From Alphaproteobacteria bacterium (GTDB lineage Bacteria > Pseudomonadota > Alphaproteobacteria > Bin95), in NCBI GenBank assembly GCA_965205265.1, contig CBDBGH010000003.1, positions 4,352,001 through 4,416,000 on the forward strand: 64,000 nt of DNA, given 5' to 3'. The notes under the pieces are model-generated. The model saw only the letters and a list, made by a program, of their open reading frames with translations. It made no database searches and was not told the origin of the DNA. The translations under genes and the position numbers were made by a program. Of the stretch, positions 39,864 through 50,559 are shown piece by piece; position 1 is the first letter of the stretch; each line of letters begins with the position of its first letter.

Positions 39864-40564
39864 CCGTCCTCCGGCGTGTGGCGGTTGAAGGCGAGCGCGC
39901 CCGGCTCCGCCTCGCCGAACAGCATGCGGTATTCCGCGGCCGAGGACACCGCCACGGGCGGCCCCTCGCACCAGATGACGCCGTTGAGCGCGATAACGCG
40001 GTCCGTCGCCCCCATGACCACATGCAGGTCGTGGCTGACCATCAGCACGCCGCAGTCCATGCGGTCGCGCACGGCGCCCACCAGCCGGTAGAGCGCGGCC
40101 ATGCCCGGATAGTCCAGGCCCTGCGCCGGCTCGTCGAGCAGCAGCAGGTCGGGTTCGGCGAGGAGCGCGCGCGCCAGCAGCACGCGCTGGAACTGCCCGC
40201 CGGAGAGCGCCGTCATCTGCCGGCCGCCAAGCTCCGGCACGCCGGTTTCCTCCAGCGCGCGCGCGACGCTGCCGTTTCGCCGCCGGGCGCCGAGGCGCAG
40301 GAACCGCTTCACGGTTATCGGCAGGGTCGAATCGAGATGCAGGCGCTGCGGCACATAACCGATACGCAGCCCCGGCGCCTGCTCCACGCGCCCGGCCGCC
40401 GGCGCGACGGCGCCGACCAGCGCGCGCAGCAGCGTGGTCTTGCCCGAGCCGTTGGGGCCGACGACGGTCACGATCTCGCCGCGCTCCACGGCGAGGTCGA
40501 TATCGTGCAGCGCCAGTTGCTCGCCGAGGCGGACCGAAAGGCCGTGCGCCGCGATCAGCGGCAC
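39845..40564 (-). CDS. znuC: Zinc ABC ATPase
   Basis: GPNGSGKT, LSGGQFQR, LDEP, SHDLH. Confidence 0.92.
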   Translation of the reverse strand: MPLIAAHGLSVRLGEQLALHDIDLAVERGEIVTVVGPNGSGKTTLLRALVGAVAPAAGRVEQAPGLRIGYVPQRLHLDSTLPITVKRFLRLGARRRNGSVARALEETGVPELGGRQMTALSGGQFQRVLLARALLAEPDLLLLDEPAQGLDYPGMAALYRLVGAVRDRMDCGVLMVSHDLHVVMGATDRVIALNGVIWCEGPPVAVSSAAEYRMLFGEAEPGALAFNRHTPEDGCSTTS

Positions 40565-41076
40565 GGCGCGCCCCCTTCCCCGGCGCAGGCGCGGCAGAGC
40601 CCCTCCGCCTCCATCACCGAGCGCTCGATGGCGAAGCCCGCCGCCCGCGCTTCCCGCAGCAGCGGGGGCGGCGACGGCGACACGCAGGTCTCGGCCACCG
40701 AGCGGCAATTGCGACAGACCAGGAAAGCGGGCGTGTGCGCCTCATGCGGATACATGCAGGCGACGAAGGCGTTCAGCCGCTCCACCTTGTGGACGAAGCC
40801 CTGCTGCATGAGGAAATCGAGCGCCCGGTAGGCCACCGGCGGCTGCGAGCCGAAACCGTCCTCATCCAGACGCTTCAGCAGGCCGTATGCGGGCATGGCG
40901 GCGTGGCTTTCCAGCAGAATCTCCAGCGCGTGCCGGCGGACCGGCGTGAAATTCACCTTGTCTTCCGAAGCCCGGCGCTCGGCCTCGTCGAGCACGCGGC
41001 GGACGCAGTCCCCGTGGTCGTGCGGGCGCATGGCCTCCGCAGCCGTGGTCCGTTCCGTCTGTCTTGCTGCCACCAT
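40555..41076 (-). CDS. zur: Zinc uptake regulator (start may be 41031)
   Basis: HDHGDC, TPVR, PPVAYRALDFL, CRNC..CRAC. Confidence 0.9.
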   Translation of the reverse strand: MVAARQTERTTAAEAMRPHDHGDCVRRVLDEAERRASEDKVNFTPVRRHALEILLESHAAMPAYGLLKRLDEDGFGSQPPVAYRALDFLMQQGFVHKVERLNAFVACMYPHEAHTPAFLVCRNCRSVAETCVSPSPPPLLREARAAGFAIERSVMEAEGLCRACAGEGGAPCR

Positions 41077-41095
41077 CCGCCTTCCCGCCGCTCTT

Positions 41096-41115
41096 GAATG
41101 TTATAGTATAATGTC
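41096..41115. promoter_or_regulatory. Zur box
   Basis: GAATGTTATAGTATAATGTC resembles the Zur palindrome; lies between divergent zur-znuCB and znuA. Confidence 0.8.
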
Positions 41116-41153
41116 CAGAAAATCGATCAGCCCCCAAGATACAGGATGCCCGC

Positions 41154-42197
41154 ATGAAACGCCGCCTCTTTCGACTCCCGCTGTTCGCCGCGTTTGCCTC
41201 GCTGGCCGCCCTGCCGGCCGCGGCGGCGCCCCAGGTCGTGACGGATATCGGCCCGGTCCAGTCGCTCGCGGCGCGCGTCATGCAGGGCGTGGGCGAGCCC
41301 GCGTCGGTCCTGCCACCGGGCGCAACGCCCCACAGCTATTCCATGCGGCCCTCCGAGGCGGCCCGGCTGCAGGCGGCCGACATCGTGTTCTGGGTGGGCG
41401 AGGGGCTGACGCCATGGCTGCACGATGCGGTGGAGAGCCTCGCCGCGGACGCCGTGTCGGTCGAGCTGATGGAGGCGCCGGGGGTGGCGCTGCTCGAGTT
41501 CGGTGAGGAGGGGCACGGCGACCATGACGACGACCATGGCCGCAAGGAAGAGCATGCGCACGAGGACGACGACCGCAAGCACGAACATGCGCACAAAGAG
41601 GACGACGACCACAAGCACGGGCACGACCATAAGGACGAGCACGCTCACAAGGACGAGCACGGCCACGAGCACCATGGCGACATGGACCCGCATATCTGGC
41701 TCGACCCCGCCAACGGCAAGGCCATGCTGGCCGAAATGGCCGCGCGCCTGGCGGCGCTCGACCCGGCCAATGCCGACGCCTACAGGGCCAATGCCGCCGC
41801 CGGGGCGGCCGAGCTCGACGCGCTGGCGGCGCAGGTGGAGGCCCTCGTGGCGCCCGTGCGCGGCAAGGCGTTCTTCACCGCGCATGACGCCTACCGCTAT
41901 TTCGAGCACCGCTTCGAGATCGAGTCCGCCGGCTCGGTGGCGCTGTCCGACGCCGCCCCGCCCGGCCCGGCGCGGCTCGACCGCATCCGCAGCGAGATGC
42001 GCGAACACGGCGCGCTCTGCGTGTTCGTGGAGCCGCAGCTCGACCCCAAGCTCGCGCGGACGGCCGCCGAGGGCAGCGGCGCGCGCGTCGCCGTGCTCGA
42101 CCCGCTGGGTGCGGACCTCGAAGCCGGCCCGGGGCTCTACCCCGCGCTGATCGGGAACCTGGCCCGGAGCCTCGCGGGCTGCCTCGCCGCCTCGTAG
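41154..42197 (+). CDS. znuA: Zinc ABC substrate-binding protein with His/Asp-rich loop
   Basis: TPHSY, DPHIWLDP, HDAYRYFE, LDPLG. Confidence 0.93.
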   Translation: MKRRLFRLPLFAAFASLAALPAAAAPQVVTDIGPVQSLAARVMQGVGEPASVLPPGATPHSYSMRPSEAARLQAADIVFWVGEGLTPWLHDAVESLAADAVSVELMEAPGVALLEFGEEGHGDHDDDHGRKEEHAHEDDDRKHEHAHKEDDDHKHGHDHKDEHAHKDEHGHEHHGDMDPHIWLDPANGKAMLAEMAARLAALDPANADAYRANAAAGAAELDALAAQVEALVAPVRGKAFFTAHDAYRYFEHRFEIESAGSVALSDAAPPGPARLDRIRSEMREHGALCVFVEPQLDPKLARTAAEGSGARVAVLDPLGADLEAGPGLYPALIGNLARSLAGCLAAS

Positions 42198-42204
42198 CCA
42201 GCGC

Positions 42205-43272
42205 TCAGTAGGAGAAGGGCCAGGCGCGGAGCCGGTTGCGCGCCCGGCGCCAGAGCGCGGCCAGGCCCTCCGGCTCCAGCACCAGGAAGACCAGGATCAG
42301 GATGCCGAAGGTTATCTGGCGCACCTGCGCCACCGCCTGCGCCATATAGGCGAGGTCCACGAACCAGGACCCGGCCGTGGTCATGGCGAGGAACACGAAG
42401 CGCGGCACGAGGCTGAGGAAGGCGAGCCCCAGCAGCGCCCCCCACACGCTGCCGAGCCCGCCGATGATGTTGACGGCGAGGTAGTAGATGGAAATGGCGA
42501 AGGTGTATTGCTGGTAGTTGGCGACGCCCAGATAGTAGGTGAACAACACGCCCGCGACGCCGCCATAGGCCGCCGAAAGCGCGAAGGCGGCGAGCTTCAC
42601 CCGGGCGGTGTCCACGCCCATGAGGGAGGCCGCCGTCTCGTGCTCGCGCACCGCGACCATGGCGCGGCCGAGGCGCGAGCGGCCGAGATTGAGCGCCGCC
42701 AGCAGCCCGGCGACGGCCACGGCCATGACGAACAGGTAGAGCTCCGCCGCGCTGTCGAGCCGGAGCCCGAACAGCTCCGGGCGCGGCACATGGATCGAGG
42801 CCTGGATGCCGCCCGAGATCGCCGGCGTGCGGTTGATGATCCACTCGATGACCAGCTGCGCGGCGAGCGTGGCGATGGCGAGATAGAAGCCGCGGATGCG
42901 CAGCGACGGTAGGCCGACGACAATGCCGATCAGCGCCGCCAGCGCCGCGCCGGCCGGGAGCGTGAGCCAGAACGGCATGTCGAGGCGCACCGCGAGATTG
43001 GCGGCCGTGTAGGCGCCGACCGACATGAAGGCCCCGTGGCCGAGCGAGATCTGGCCGGCATAGCCGAGCAGGATGGTGAGCCCGAGCGCGCCCACGAGGT
43101 TGATCGCGTTGAGCGTGAGCACCGCCAGCAGGTGCTCGTCGCCGAAAAGCGGCACCGGCACGAACAGCAGGAACAGCGAGGCCCAGACGGTCCGCCGGAC
43201 GGCCGGATGCGGGAAGAGCGCCATGTCGGCGCGGTAACTGGTCTTGTAATGGCCGGATTCGCGGAGGAACAT
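42205..43272 (-). CDS. Branched-chain amino-acid ABC permease (LivM-like), orphan
   Basis: GYAGQISLGH, GFYLAIATLA, SRLGRAMVAVRE, IIGGLGS. Confidence 0.88.
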   Translation of the reverse strand: MFLRESGHYKTSYRADMALFPHPAVRRTVWASLFLLFVPVPLFGDEHLLAVLTLNAINLVGALGLTILLGYAGQISLGHGAFMSVGAYTAANLAVRLDMPFWLTLPAGAALAALIGIVVGLPSLRIRGFYLAIATLAAQLVIEWIINRTPAISGGIQASIHVPRPELFGLRLDSAAELYLFVMAVAVAGLLAALNLGRSRLGRAMVAVREHETAASLMGVDTARVKLAAFALSAAYGGVAGVLFTYYLGVANYQQYTFAISIYYLAVNIIGGLGSVWGALLGLAFLSLVPRFVFLAMTTAGSWFVDLAYMAQAVAQVRQITFGILILVFLVLEPEGLAALWRRARNRLRAWPFSY

Positions 43273-43312
43273 GCCCGCCCGAACGGGTAACGGATGAGCG
43301 GGTGAGCAAAGC

Positions 43313-43720
43313 ATGAAACTCAAGCGCGTGGAACATGTCGCCATCGCGGTGCGCGACATGCGGGCATCGATGAAGATGCTGGAGGAGACGCTCGGTCTCG
43401 AACTCGACTATGAGGAGCGCATCGGCGACACGCGGCTCGCCATGTATCCCGTCGGCGAGACCAGCATCGAGCTGCTGCAGGCCGAGGGCCCGGCCTCACA
43501 GGTGAACGGCTGGATCGAGGACAACGGCGAGAGCATCTACCATCTCTGCTTCGAGGTGGACGACATCGACGCCGCGCTGGCGGAGCTGAAGGGCAAGGGT
43601 GTCCGCCTGATCGACGAGACGCCGCGCACCGGCCATGGCGGCAGCCGCATCGCCTTCCTCGACCCGGCCTCCACCGGCGGCATCGTCATCGAGCTGGCGG
43701 AACTGCCGGCGGGGCATTAG
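43313..43720 (+). CDS. Methylmalonyl-CoA epimerase / VOC family
   Basis: HVAIAV, IELL, HLCFEVDDI, FLDP.STGGIVIEL. Confidence 0.82.
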   Translation: MKLKRVEHVAIAVRDMRASMKMLEETLGLELDYEERIGDTRLAMYPVGETSIELLQAEGPASQVNGWIEDNGESIYHLCFEVDDIDAALAELKGKGVRLIDETPRTGHGGSRIAFLDPASTGGIVIELAELPAGH

Positions 43721-43767
43721 GGCGCGATCGATTCGGGTTGAAACCGGCGGAGCGCCGCCCCCCTTTT

Positions 43768-43857
43768 CGTCGCCCCGGACGCCCGGAGGGCGATCCGGGG
43801 CCTTGACGCCATAGCGCTCAGGCGTCGCGAGGCCCCGGCTCAAGGGCCGGGGCGACG
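43768..43857. repeat. REP/RPE-like intergenic palindromic element
   Basis: CGTCGCCCCGG..CCGGGGCC..GGCCCCGG..CCGGGGCGACG nested IRs between convergent genes. Confidence 0.65.
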
Positions 43858-43865
43858 GTTCCAGG

Positions 43866-45464
43866 CTACCCCAGAACCTCCCCGCGGCGGCGGAGGAGGC
43901 GGCCGGGGAGCGCGCCGGTGTGTTCGCCCTCGTGGATAACGACTTCGCCGTTGACGATCACCGTCCCGACGCCCGCCGGATAGGTGTGCGGCTCGTCGAA
44001 GGTCGCCTCGTCGCGGATCGCGCCCGCGTCGAACAGCACGACATCGGCGGCCTGGCCTCCGCGCAGCAGGCCCCGGTCCGCCATGCCGAGCGCGCGTGCG
44101 GCATTGCCGGTCATCTTCGCCACCGCCTGTTCCAGGGTCAGCAGCCCCTCGTCGCGGGCGTAGCGGCCGAGCACGCGCGGGAAGGTGCCGTAGAGCCTCG
44201 GATGCGGCTTGCCCTGGGAGGTGACGCCGTAGGGCGCGACGCAGGGGCCGTCCGAGCCGACCGTCATGGAGGGCTCGGCCGCGATGCGCCGCACGTCCTC
44301 TTCTGACATGCTGCGCACCAGGATGCGCGTGCCGCCCCGGTCTTCGACCACGATGTCGAACACGGCCTCCAGCGGGTCGCAGTCGCGCGCGGCCGCGATC
44401 TCCGCGATCGTTTTCCCCGGCTCCGCGGCGCCGGGCGAGTTGGCGATGCGGATATCGTCCCAGCTCTCGATATGGCCGAAATTGTTGAAGCCGACCTCGG
44501 CGATCTTCTGGCGCACGCGCGAGCGAATCTCCGGGTTGGCGAGCCGCGCCAGCATGGCGTCGATGCCGCCCTCCTGCAGCCAGACCGGCAGCAGGAAGCG
44601 CAGCGGATTGGTCGCCCAGTCATAGGGATACTGGTCGCAGTGCACATCGACGCCCCGCGCGCGCGCCGCCATGAACTGGCCGAGCAGCTTGTCCGCCTCG
44701 CCCCAGCGCCCGGTGCCGGAGAGCTTGAGATGCGCCACCTGGACATGGATGCCGCATTGCTCGCCGACGTCGATGGCCTCCGCCACCGCCTCATGCACCT
44801 CGTGGCTCTCGTCGCGCACATGGCTCGAATAGCGCCCGCCATGCGCCTTCACCACCCGGCCGAGCGCCAGCACCTCCTCCGGCTTCGCGTAGCAGCCGGG
44901 CGCGGTAAAGAGGCCGGAGGAAAGCCCGAGCGCGCCCGCCTCCAGCGCCTCGGCCAGCATCTCCTGCATGTGCCGGAGTTCCGCGTCCGAGGGGTCGCGG
45001 TCCTCCATGCCCATCGCCATCAGCCTCAGCGTGTTGTGGCCGGCCTGCATGACGGTGTTCAGCGAAAGCGCCGGCCATGTGTCCATGTAGCGGGCGAAGT
45101 CCGTCTCCTCGAAGGGCAGCCAGGGCGCGCTCGCGGCCAGGTAGTCGCGCAGCATCTCCACCCTGCCGGGCAGGGCGGGCGCCACGGAGAAGCCGCAATT
45201 GCCGACCACCTCGGTGGTCACGCCCTGGCGGATCTTGCATTCCGCCTTCGGGTTGAGCGGCAGGGTGAAGTCGGAATGGGTGTGGATGTCGATGAAGCCG
45301 GGCGCGACGGTCAGGCCGTCCGCGTCGATCACCCGTTCCGCGCTGCCCGCATAGCCTTCCTCGACGGCCTGGATGCGCCCGCCCCGGATCGCCAGGTCGG
45401 CCTTGCGCCCGGGCGCTCCGGTCCCGTCCACGACCTCGCCGCCCCTGATGAGAATGTCGTCCAT
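43866..45464 (-). CDS. N-acyl-D-amino-acid deacylase
   Basis: PGFIDIHTHSD, GNCG, SHVRDE, GSDG..HPRLYGTFPR. Confidence 0.92.
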   Translation of the reverse strand: MDDILIRGGEVVDGTGAPGRKADLAIRGGRIQAVEEGYAGSAERVIDADGLTVAPGFIDIHTHSDFTLPLNPKAECKIRQGVTTEVVGNCGFSVAPALPGRVEMLRDYLAASAPWLPFEETDFARYMDTWPALSLNTVMQAGHNTLRLMAMGMEDRDPSDAELRHMQEMLAEALEAGALGLSSGLFTAPGCYAKPEEVLALGRVVKAHGGRYSSHVRDESHEVHEAVAEAIDVGEQCGIHVQVAHLKLSGTGRWGEADKLLGQFMAARARGVDVHCDQYPYDWATNPLRFLLPVWLQEGGIDAMLARLANPEIRSRVRQKIAEVGFNNFGHIESWDDIRIANSPGAAEPGKTIAEIAAARDCDPLEAVFDIVVEDRGGTRILVRSMSEEDVRRIAAEPSMTVGSDGPCVAPYGVTSQGKPHPRLYGTFPRVLGRYARDEGLLTLEQAVAKMTGNAARALGMADRGLLRGGQAADVVLFDAGAIRDEATFDEPHTYPAGVGTVIVNGEVVIHEGEHTGALPGRLLRRRGEVLG

Positions 45465-45568
45465 CCGGGCGTCCTCCAGCAATCGCAAGCGTCAGCCCGC
45501 AGGATAGCGCAACTTGCCCTCCGAATGCGCGGGGCAAAGAGGAAGGAACGGCCGCCTTCGCAGGATAG

Positions 45569-45701
45569 CCCTCTCCCGCAAGCGGGAGAGGGTTGGGTGA
45601 GGGGCCGCTTGCGCGTCAGCGCAAGCGGCGGGCGAAGCCCCGGCAACCGCCCGTCGCGCGGAGAGGCCTTCCCCCGACCCCTCCCGCCCAGCGGGAGGGG
45701 A
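45569..45701. repeat. Alphaproteobacterial intergenic palindromic repeat (CIR/RPE-like)
   Basis: CCCTCTCCCGC-AA-GCGGGAGAGGG-TTGGGTGAGGGG ... CCCCTCCCGC-CCA-GCGGGAGGGG. Confidence 0.7.
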
Positions 45702-45719
45702 GGCCGTCCGGCTTCCGCT

Positions 45720-47162
45720 TCAGCCCGCCCCGCCCGCGATCGGCGGCTTGCGGGCGAACCAGGGGCGGGCGGCCTCGATCTGGGCGGAGAAGCGGAAGAG
45801 CGCCGCCTCGCCGCCATAGGGCGCGACCGCCTGCACGGCGACCGGCAGCCCGTCCGCATTCGTTCCCACGGGCAGCATCACCGCCGGCTGGCCGGTGATG
45901 TTGAACCAGACGGTGAAGGGCGAGAAGGCGAAGACGCGCCGCCAGTATTCGTCCACGTCCTCCATCGTCATGTCGAGCCAGCCGAGCTCGACCGCGATGC
46001 CCGTCGCCAGCCCCGGCGTCAGCAGCAGGTCGTACCGGCTGTGGAAGGCGGCCATCTGCCGGCCGAGCCGGTGCATGGCCTGCGTCGCGCGCACATAGTC
46101 GGCCCCGCTCACCCGCTCCGCCATTTTCGCGGAGAGCCAGGTGATGCGCTCGACCTCGTCCTCGCGCGCCGCGCGGCCGGCGGTGGGGTGGCTCGCGAGA
46201 TTGACCGCGGTGTTGGCCGCCATGAGGGTGAGGAAGGTGGGCACCGCCGCCCCGCCGTCTATGGCGGGGTCGGCCTCCTCCACCTCGTGCCCGAGTTCGG
46301 CGGCGAGGCTTGCGGTCTCCTCCAGCACGCGGAGCGCATCCGCCCCGACCCCGGCGCCGTTTGGCGCGCGGCGGGTGAACGCGATGCGCAGCCTGCCGGG
46401 GTCGGCGCCCGCTTCCTCCAGGAAGGGCCGGGCCGGGGGCGCGGCGCTGTAGGGGTCGCCGGCCCCCGGCCCGCATGTGGCGTCGAGCAGGGCCGCGCTG
46501 TCGCGCACGGTCAGCGTGACGGCGTGCTCGGTGGACAGGCCCCCCAGCCCCTCGCCCATATAGGGCGCCATGGTGTTGCGGTTCCGGGTGGGCTTGAGGC
46601 CGACCAGCCCGCAGCAGGCCGCCGGGGCGCGGATCGAGCCGAAGCCGTCCGAGGCGTGGGCGGCCGGCAGCATGCGCGCGCCGACCGCCGCGGCCGCCCC
46701 GCCGCTGGAGCCGCCCGATATGCGCGCCGTGTCCCAGGGGTTCTTCGTCGCCCCGTGCAGTTGAGGCTCGCAGGTGAGGCTGAGGCCGAGCTCGCAGGTG
46801 TTGGTCCGCCCGAAGATGACGACGCCGGCGCGCTTCAGCCGCTTCACGAGCTCGCTGTCCTCCGCCGGGACGGCGTCCTCGAAGAATTTGCAGCCCCGCG
46901 TGGTCGGGAAGCCGGCGAGCGAGGCGCTCAGGTCCTTCAGCAGATAGGGCACGCCCCGGAGCGGCCCGTCGGGCAGGCCCTCGGCGATGGCCTGCCGGCC
47001 ATGGTCGTAGAGCCGGGCGGTGACGGCGTTGACCGCGCCGTTGCGCGCCTCGACCCGCTCGATTGCCGCTTCCAGAAGCGCCTCCGGCGTCGTCGCGCCG
47101 CTTGCGACGAGCGCGGCCAGCCCGACCGCGTCGTGGTTTTCGTAATCCGCAAAAGCCGCCAT
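45720..47162 (-). CDS. Amidase (amidase-signature family)
   Basis: GVPYLLKDL, GGSSGG, SDGFGSIR.PA. Confidence 0.93.
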   Translation of the reverse strand: MAAFADYENHDAVGLAALVASGATTPEALLEAAIERVEARNGAVNAVTARLYDHGRQAIAEGLPDGPLRGVPYLLKDLSASLAGFPTTRGCKFFEDAVPAEDSELVKRLKRAGVVIFGRTNTCELGLSLTCEPQLHGATKNPWDTARISGGSSGGAAAAVGARMLPAAHASDGFGSIRAPAACCGLVGLKPTRNRNTMAPYMGEGLGGLSTEHAVTLTVRDSAALLDATCGPGAGDPYSAAPPARPFLEEAGADPGRLRIAFTRRAPNGAGVGADALRVLEETASLAAELGHEVEEADPAIDGGAAVPTFLTLMAANTAVNLASHPTAGRAAREDEVERITWLSAKMAERVSGADYVRATQAMHRLGRQMAAFHSRYDLLLTPGLATGIAVELGWLDMTMEDVDEYWRRVFAFSPFTVWFNITGQPAVMLPVGTNADGLPVAVQAVAPYGGEAALFRFSAQIEAARPWFARKPPIAGGAG

Positions 47163-47393
47163 CCCGACCCCCGTTCGCATCCGCCGCCGCGCTGCGCGCG
47201 GCGAACATTGCATATGGCGGCGTTGGCGCCGCCGCCGCCACTATAGCCGCGACGGCGGACCGGAGACATGCAGGGGCTTTTCCGGCCGCATCCCTTCTTC
47301 CTCTCTCCCCGCTTGCGCCGGCGCGCCGGTTCCGGTCCGCGAAGGGTGGTATAACCTCCGGCGCGCGATACCGGCCCCGCAGGGAGGAAGACC

Positions 47394-48182
47394 ATGCGCC
47401 CGACGGCAAGGGAAAAGGCGGATTTCGACCGCGACGGCGCGGTGCTGATGAAAGGTGTCGTGCCGGCGGCATGGCTCGGCGTGCTCGCGGACGCGGTCGA
47501 GCGCGACATCGCGGAGCCGGGGCCCTATTTCAACGGCTACCGGCCGGAAGCCGGGCGCTTCCACGGCAATCTGCGCATCTGGGAGACGCATGAGGGCTTC
47601 CGCGCCTTCTGCTGCGAAGGACCGCTCCGGGCGGTGGCGGCGCGGTTCCTGGACGCCGAGCGGCTCAACCTCTTCTACGACCAGCTGTTCGTGAAGGAGC
47701 CGGGCACGCCGCAGCCGACGCGCTGGCACAACGACCAGCCCTACTGGCCGGTGCGCGGCTGGCCGGTCATGTCCTTCTGGCTGCCGCTCGACCCCGTGAC
47801 GCGCGAGAGCGGCGCGCTCTCCTTCGTCGCCGGCTCGCACCGTTGGGAGCGCTGGTTCCAGCCGGAGCCCTTCGCGAAGGGCGGCGCGGAATACGAGCGC
47901 GGCGAGAACTACGAGCCGATGCCCGACATCGACGCCGGCGGCTACGACATCCTCTCCTGGGACATGGAGCCGGGCGACGCGCTCGCCTTCCACGCCATGA
48001 CCGTCCACGGCGCGGGCGGCAACCTCACCTCCGATACCCGCCGGCGCGGCTATGCGGTGCGCTATTGCGGCGAGGGCTGCGCCTATTTCGCCGGTCCGGG
48101 CCCGAACAACGACCTGCGCAACCCGGCGCTGGCCGACGGCGACCCGCTAGACAGCGCCCAGTTCCCGGTCGTCTGGCCCTGA
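47394..48182 (+). CDS. PhyH-family dioxygenase
   Basis: WHNDQPYWP, GSHRW, PGDALAFH..TVH. Confidence 0.9.
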   Translation: MRPTAREKADFDRDGAVLMKGVVPAAWLGVLADAVERDIAEPGPYFNGYRPEAGRFHGNLRIWETHEGFRAFCCEGPLRAVAARFLDAERLNLFYDQLFVKEPGTPQPTRWHNDQPYWPVRGWPVMSFWLPLDPVTRESGALSFVAGSHRWERWFQPEPFAKGGAEYERGENYEPMPDIDAGGYDILSWDMEPGDALAFHAMTVHGAGGNLTSDTRRRGYAVRYCGEGCAYFAGPGPNNDLRNPALADGDPLDSAQFPVVWP

Positions 48183-50471
48183 GGCCTGTTCTGTTTCTGC
48201 CCGGTCGCGGCCAAGGTCACCACGCGCGACCACCCGATCCTGAAGGACGTGATCTGCATGAAGGGCGCCTATGCGCCGAAGCATTTCGCGCATCCCGACC
48301 GCATCCTCTATCCGCTCAAGCGCGTGGGCGTGCGCGGCGACGGCCAGTGGCAACGGGTCACCTGGGACGAGGCGATGGACGATATCGCCGAACGCCTCCA
48401 GGCGGTGATCGACAAATACGGGCCGGAAGCCTTCGCGGTCGGCCAGAGCGGCGCGACCGGCCTGTCCGACCACGGCCTCTGCCGGCGTTTCATGAACCAT
48501 GTCGGCTCGCCCAACTGGATCAGCGGCGTCGCCTATTGCGCCGGCAACACGGCGGCGGTGAACCGTTATGTCTATGGCTGGTTCCCGCGCGGCGACGTCC
48601 TGAACTCCAAATGCATCGTGCTGCTCGGCCACGATCCGCGCCGGCACAGCTGGACGATGGAATACAAGGCGATCCGCATGGCGCAGGCCGCGGGCGCCAA
48701 GCTCATCGTGGTCGATCCGCGCCGCAGCGGGAACGCCGAGCGCGCCGACATCTGGCTGCCGCTCCGGGCCGGCACCGATGCGGCCCTGCTGCTCGGCTGG
48801 CTCCGGGTCATCGTCGATGAGGAGCTCTACGACAAGGCGTTCGTGCGCGACTGGACGATCGGCTTCGACAAGCTGGTCGAGCGCCTCCAGGAATATCCGG
48901 TGGAGCGCGTCGCGGAGATTACCGGCCTCACGGAAGACCGGATCCGCGATCCGGCCCGCATGTATGCGACGACGGCGCCCGCCTGCATCCCCTGGTCGCC
49001 GATCACCGACCAGCAGGTGTCCAGCACCTCGGCCATCCGGCTGCAGGCCATGCTGCGCGCGATCACCGGCAATATCGATGTCAAGGGCGGCGAGGTGTTC
49101 GTCGGGCCGAGCCCCGTCATGCGCTTCGACTCCGAGATCGAGATGGCGCACCTGCTGTCCGAGGAGCAGAGGGCCAAGCAACTGGGCGCGGACAAGCACC
49201 CGGTCTTCACCTTCCGCGGCATGAAGGCCTTCGAGGACGCCACCGAGCGCGTCTGGGGCCACCGCTACGTCAATCTCGTCAACGGCTGCTACATGGCCAA
49301 CCCGATGGCGGTGTTCAAGGCCATGGAGGACAGCGACCCCTACCCGGTCAGGGCCTTCTTCATGATGGCCAACAACGCGCTGATGGCCTACGCCAACGGC
49401 GAGCGCGTGTACCGGGCGATGATGAAGCAGGACCTGCTCGTCTCCTTCGAGCACAACATGACGCCGAGCGCGCAGATCTCGGACTATATCCTGCCGGGCG
49501 ACTCTTGGCTGGAGCGGCCCTCCATGCAGGCCGGCATCAGCGACCAGGCGATGGAGCCGCCGGGCGAATGCCGCAATGTCACCTATTTCTGGCACATGCT
49601 CGCCAGGCGCATGGGGTTCGGCGACGCCTTCCCCTGGACGAACCAGGAGGACTTCATCAATTACCGCCTGGAGCCGGGCGGGGCGGTCTGGAAGGGCGTC
49701 GTCGCGGCCGGGCGTCCGCCCAACCTGCATCGCGGCCAGGCGCCCGATCCCGGGGAGAAGCAGTATCTCAGGACCGGCTTCGCCACGCCGTCCGGCAAGG
49801 TGGAGCTCTATTCCGAGGTGCTCGAAAATCTCGGCTTCGACCCGCTGCCCTACTACCGCGAGGCGGCGGAGCCCTGCGAGCGTTTCCCGATGGCGAGTTT
49901 CGTCGGCTGGCCCGAGGACGAGTATTTCCGCTCCGGCCACCGCCACATCCCGGAGCTGCGCCGGCGCGCGGCGGACCCGATGTTCATGATCTCCCCGGCG
50001 GAGATGGAGCGGCTCGGCTTCGAGGAAGGCGACTGGGCCCGGCTCGAGTCCTCGACCGGTGCCATGGTGGCCCGCGTCTATGGCCGCTCGTCCATGCCGA
50101 AGGGCCTGGTGCGGATCCCGCATGGCTGGTGGAAGCCGGAATCGCGGCCGGGGCTGGAGAACATGTCCGGCATGTGGGCCTTCAATGACGGGCAGGTGAC
50201 GCCCGACGACGAGGAGGCGCTGATCGACCGCGAACAGGGCATCCCGCACATGAAGGGCATGCCGTGCTCGCTGGTCGCGCTGACGGCCGAGGAGGTCGCC
50301 GCGCTTGAGGCGGAGTTCGGTCCGACCGCCGATCTGCCGCGCGGCCCGGAAGGCAAGGTGCTGCAGTCCAGTTCCAAGCCCGGCGATTTCATGTTCGACG
50401 ACATCACCGGCGACGGCGTGGAGTTCGAGGCCGTATCCCTCTCGATCTACGGCCGCACCTCGGCGATGTAA
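48183..50471 (+). pseudogene. Acetylene-hydratase-like Mo/W-bis-PGD enzyme lacking its N-terminus (possible GTG start 48249)
   Basis: ICMKG..HPDRILYPLK, GSPNW..YCAGNT, MANP.A, TPSGKVEL; first two FeS cysteines absent. Confidence 0.75.
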
Positions 50472-50559
50472 CGAAAGACTGCGCCCCCTTCCCCGGTCTC
50501 CGGCCAGCGGAAGGGGGCGGCGGTTCCACCTGCAGCGGAAATGCTGTAGGGGACGGCGC

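Noticed and set aside
48180-48182. phyH TGA in frame with the molybdoenzyme: selenocysteine or readthrough fusion
   Set aside because: The TGA does not align with an FeS cysteine and PhyH ends naturally there; the frame match has 1-in-3 chance
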